The notes under the pieces were generated by a model that had not been told where the DNA came from, searched no databases, and saw only the letters and a program-made list of their open reading frames with translations. A stretch of DNA of 64,000 nt from an uncultured Verrucomicrobiae bacterium (GTDB taxonomy: Bacteria > Verrucomicrobiota > Verrucomicrobiia > Chthoniobacterales > Chthoniobacteraceae), in assembly GCA_963769025.1 (NCBI GenBank), contig CAVYKI010000006.1:544001-608000 (forward strand), in the 5' to 3' direction. This document shows, piece by piece, positions 62,937-64,000 of this stretch. Positions within the stretch are counted from its first letter, which is position 1. Each line of letters starts with the position of its first letter. The position numbers were made by a program, and so were the translations under genes.

Positions 62937-62952
62937 AGCAGTGACTATGCCA
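62937..62952 (-). promoter_or_regulatory. Putative sigma-54 promoter
   Basis: Minus strand TGGCATAGTCACTGCT (GG-N10-GC), 30 nt upstream of the response regulator ATG. Confidence 0.55.
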
Positions 62953-63160
62953 GCGAAGGCGCGGGTTGGAGAATTTGTGCCGCTGTCCGGCCCTCAGAGG
63001 GAAATTGTCGATTTGCGGGGCTCGCTGACCGGTCTGGGGCAACAAGTCCGGAAGTGAACGCCCGCTCGGTGCGGGGTCCTACCTTTTCGAGCGCAGAGCG
63101 TTTGGAAAATGGGTGCACTCAGGAGGCTCGCCCGCTCCCCGGCGAAGGGCTCTTTGCCGC

Positions 63161-63201
63161 AAAAGAAAACTCCCCCGGGACGTTGCCGCCCCGGGGGAGT
63201 T
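63161..63201 (-). terminator. Intrinsic terminator
   Basis: Minus strand AACTCCCCCGGG...CCCGGGGGAGTT followed by TTCTTTT. Confidence 0.85.
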
Positions 63202-63228
63202 GAATTCAGAACAGATGGTCTGTGTTAC

Positions 63229-63999
63229 TTAGAACGCGACCTTGAGGCCGCCCGAGAACACGAGCTCGTTCTTGTCCGTGACGCCCGGGAACGGTGCGCC
63301 ACCGCCCTGGCCGGACGAACCAGCCCGCTGGCCGAGGAGACCCGTGTTCCTGCCGCCGAGACGGTAGTAGTTGAAGCCGGTGTAGACCGACCACTTGCCG
63401 AGGCAGGCGGGGACCATGTCCAGCGCGTAGGTGGCCTTGATGCCGACGCCGATGAAGCCGAAGCCGCGGTTGTGGAGGTAGAGACCACCGGAACCGAAGC
63501 CGGCGTTAACCGGGAGCGACAGCGTGAGGTTGCCGTAGCTGTGCGAAGGGGCGATACCCACTTCGTAGTACTGGCCACGGCTGCCGTTGATGTTGTTGCC
63601 GGTCGTGCCCTGAACGTTGAGTTCAACGACAGCGTACGGGTGCAGCGCGAACGCGCCGAGGAGGTCGGAGTCATCATACGCGAGGCTGAAGCCGATCGCG
63701 TAGGCGTTGGCGAACCGGTCGGACGGGCTGGAATAGTCCTTCCAGTAGGTGCCGATCGCCAGCTTGTCGAAGTTCCACGTCAGGCCAGCCTGGAAGTCGA
63801 ACTCATACCAGTTGCGGGTCGTGCCGCCGACGCCCTGACGATGGCCATGAAACGAGTTCCAGATGCCGAGGTCGACGGTGACGGAGGTCAGTGCGCCCGC
63901 GCCCTTGTAGATGCGGAAGTGCAGGTTGGCGTAGGGCTGGATGATGAAGCCCTGGTTCTCCTGGACGACGCCCTTGGTGATGTAGTTGCTGACGATGTC
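63229..63999 (-). CDS. Outer-membrane beta-barrel protein, 5' partial
   Basis: Open frame from the window edge (DIVSNYITKGVVQENQGFIIQPY...WYEFDF...); alternating hydrophobic strands; C-terminal Phe (GGLKVAF). Confidence 0.75.
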   Translation of the reverse strand, partial: DIVSNYITKGVVQENQGFIIQPYANLHFRIYKGAGALTSVTVDLGIWNSFHGHRQGVGGTTRNWYEFDFQAGLTWNFDKLAIGTYWKDYSSPSDRFANAYAIGFSLAYDDSDLLGAFALHPYAVVELNVQGTTGNNINGSRGQYYEVGIAPSHSYGNLTLSLPVNAGFGSGGLYLHNRGFGFIGVGIKATYALDMVPACLGKWSVYTGFNYYRLGGRNTGLLGQRAGSSGQGGGAPFPGVTDKNELVFSGGLKVAF

Positions 64000-64000
64000 G

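Overview
High-GC bacterial chromosomal window, most consistent with Verrucomicrobia (Chthoniobacter-like). This placement is inferred from gene content and style (DUF1501, SHD1 proteins, many sulfatases, heptamer intergenic repeats), not from a marker search. Housekeeping blocks are rho, purL, two cyclophilins, aguB-aguA-purD, tRNA-Leu(CAA), floA, nusA-infB-rbfA-nrnA-truB-ribF, aroE-gltX and aroD. They flank three accessory regions. (i) A five-sulfatase cluster at about 16.8-26 kb. (ii) A stress/signalling block at about 26-42 kb: small membrane proteins, an ECF sigma factor, a sigma-54 activator, a MetE-like gene abutting a multi-PAS/GAF hybrid kinase, and twin Cys-tailed response regulators. 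(iii) A 3.5 kb insert between ribF and aroE: an 8-bp microsatellite, an 8 x 42-nt array of phased inverted repeats directly upstream of a helical/FN3-like gene, a secreted CBM-like protein, a degenerate mnmA fragment and a VapBC-like pair. The 42-nt array plus FN3-like gene and the MetE-like/kinase pair are the best candidates for undescribed systems. Many genes, including housekeeping ones, carry single-base frameshifts. These are most likely assembly indel errors, so gene ends in those cases are reconstructed by eye. All family calls come from motif recognition, not database searches.
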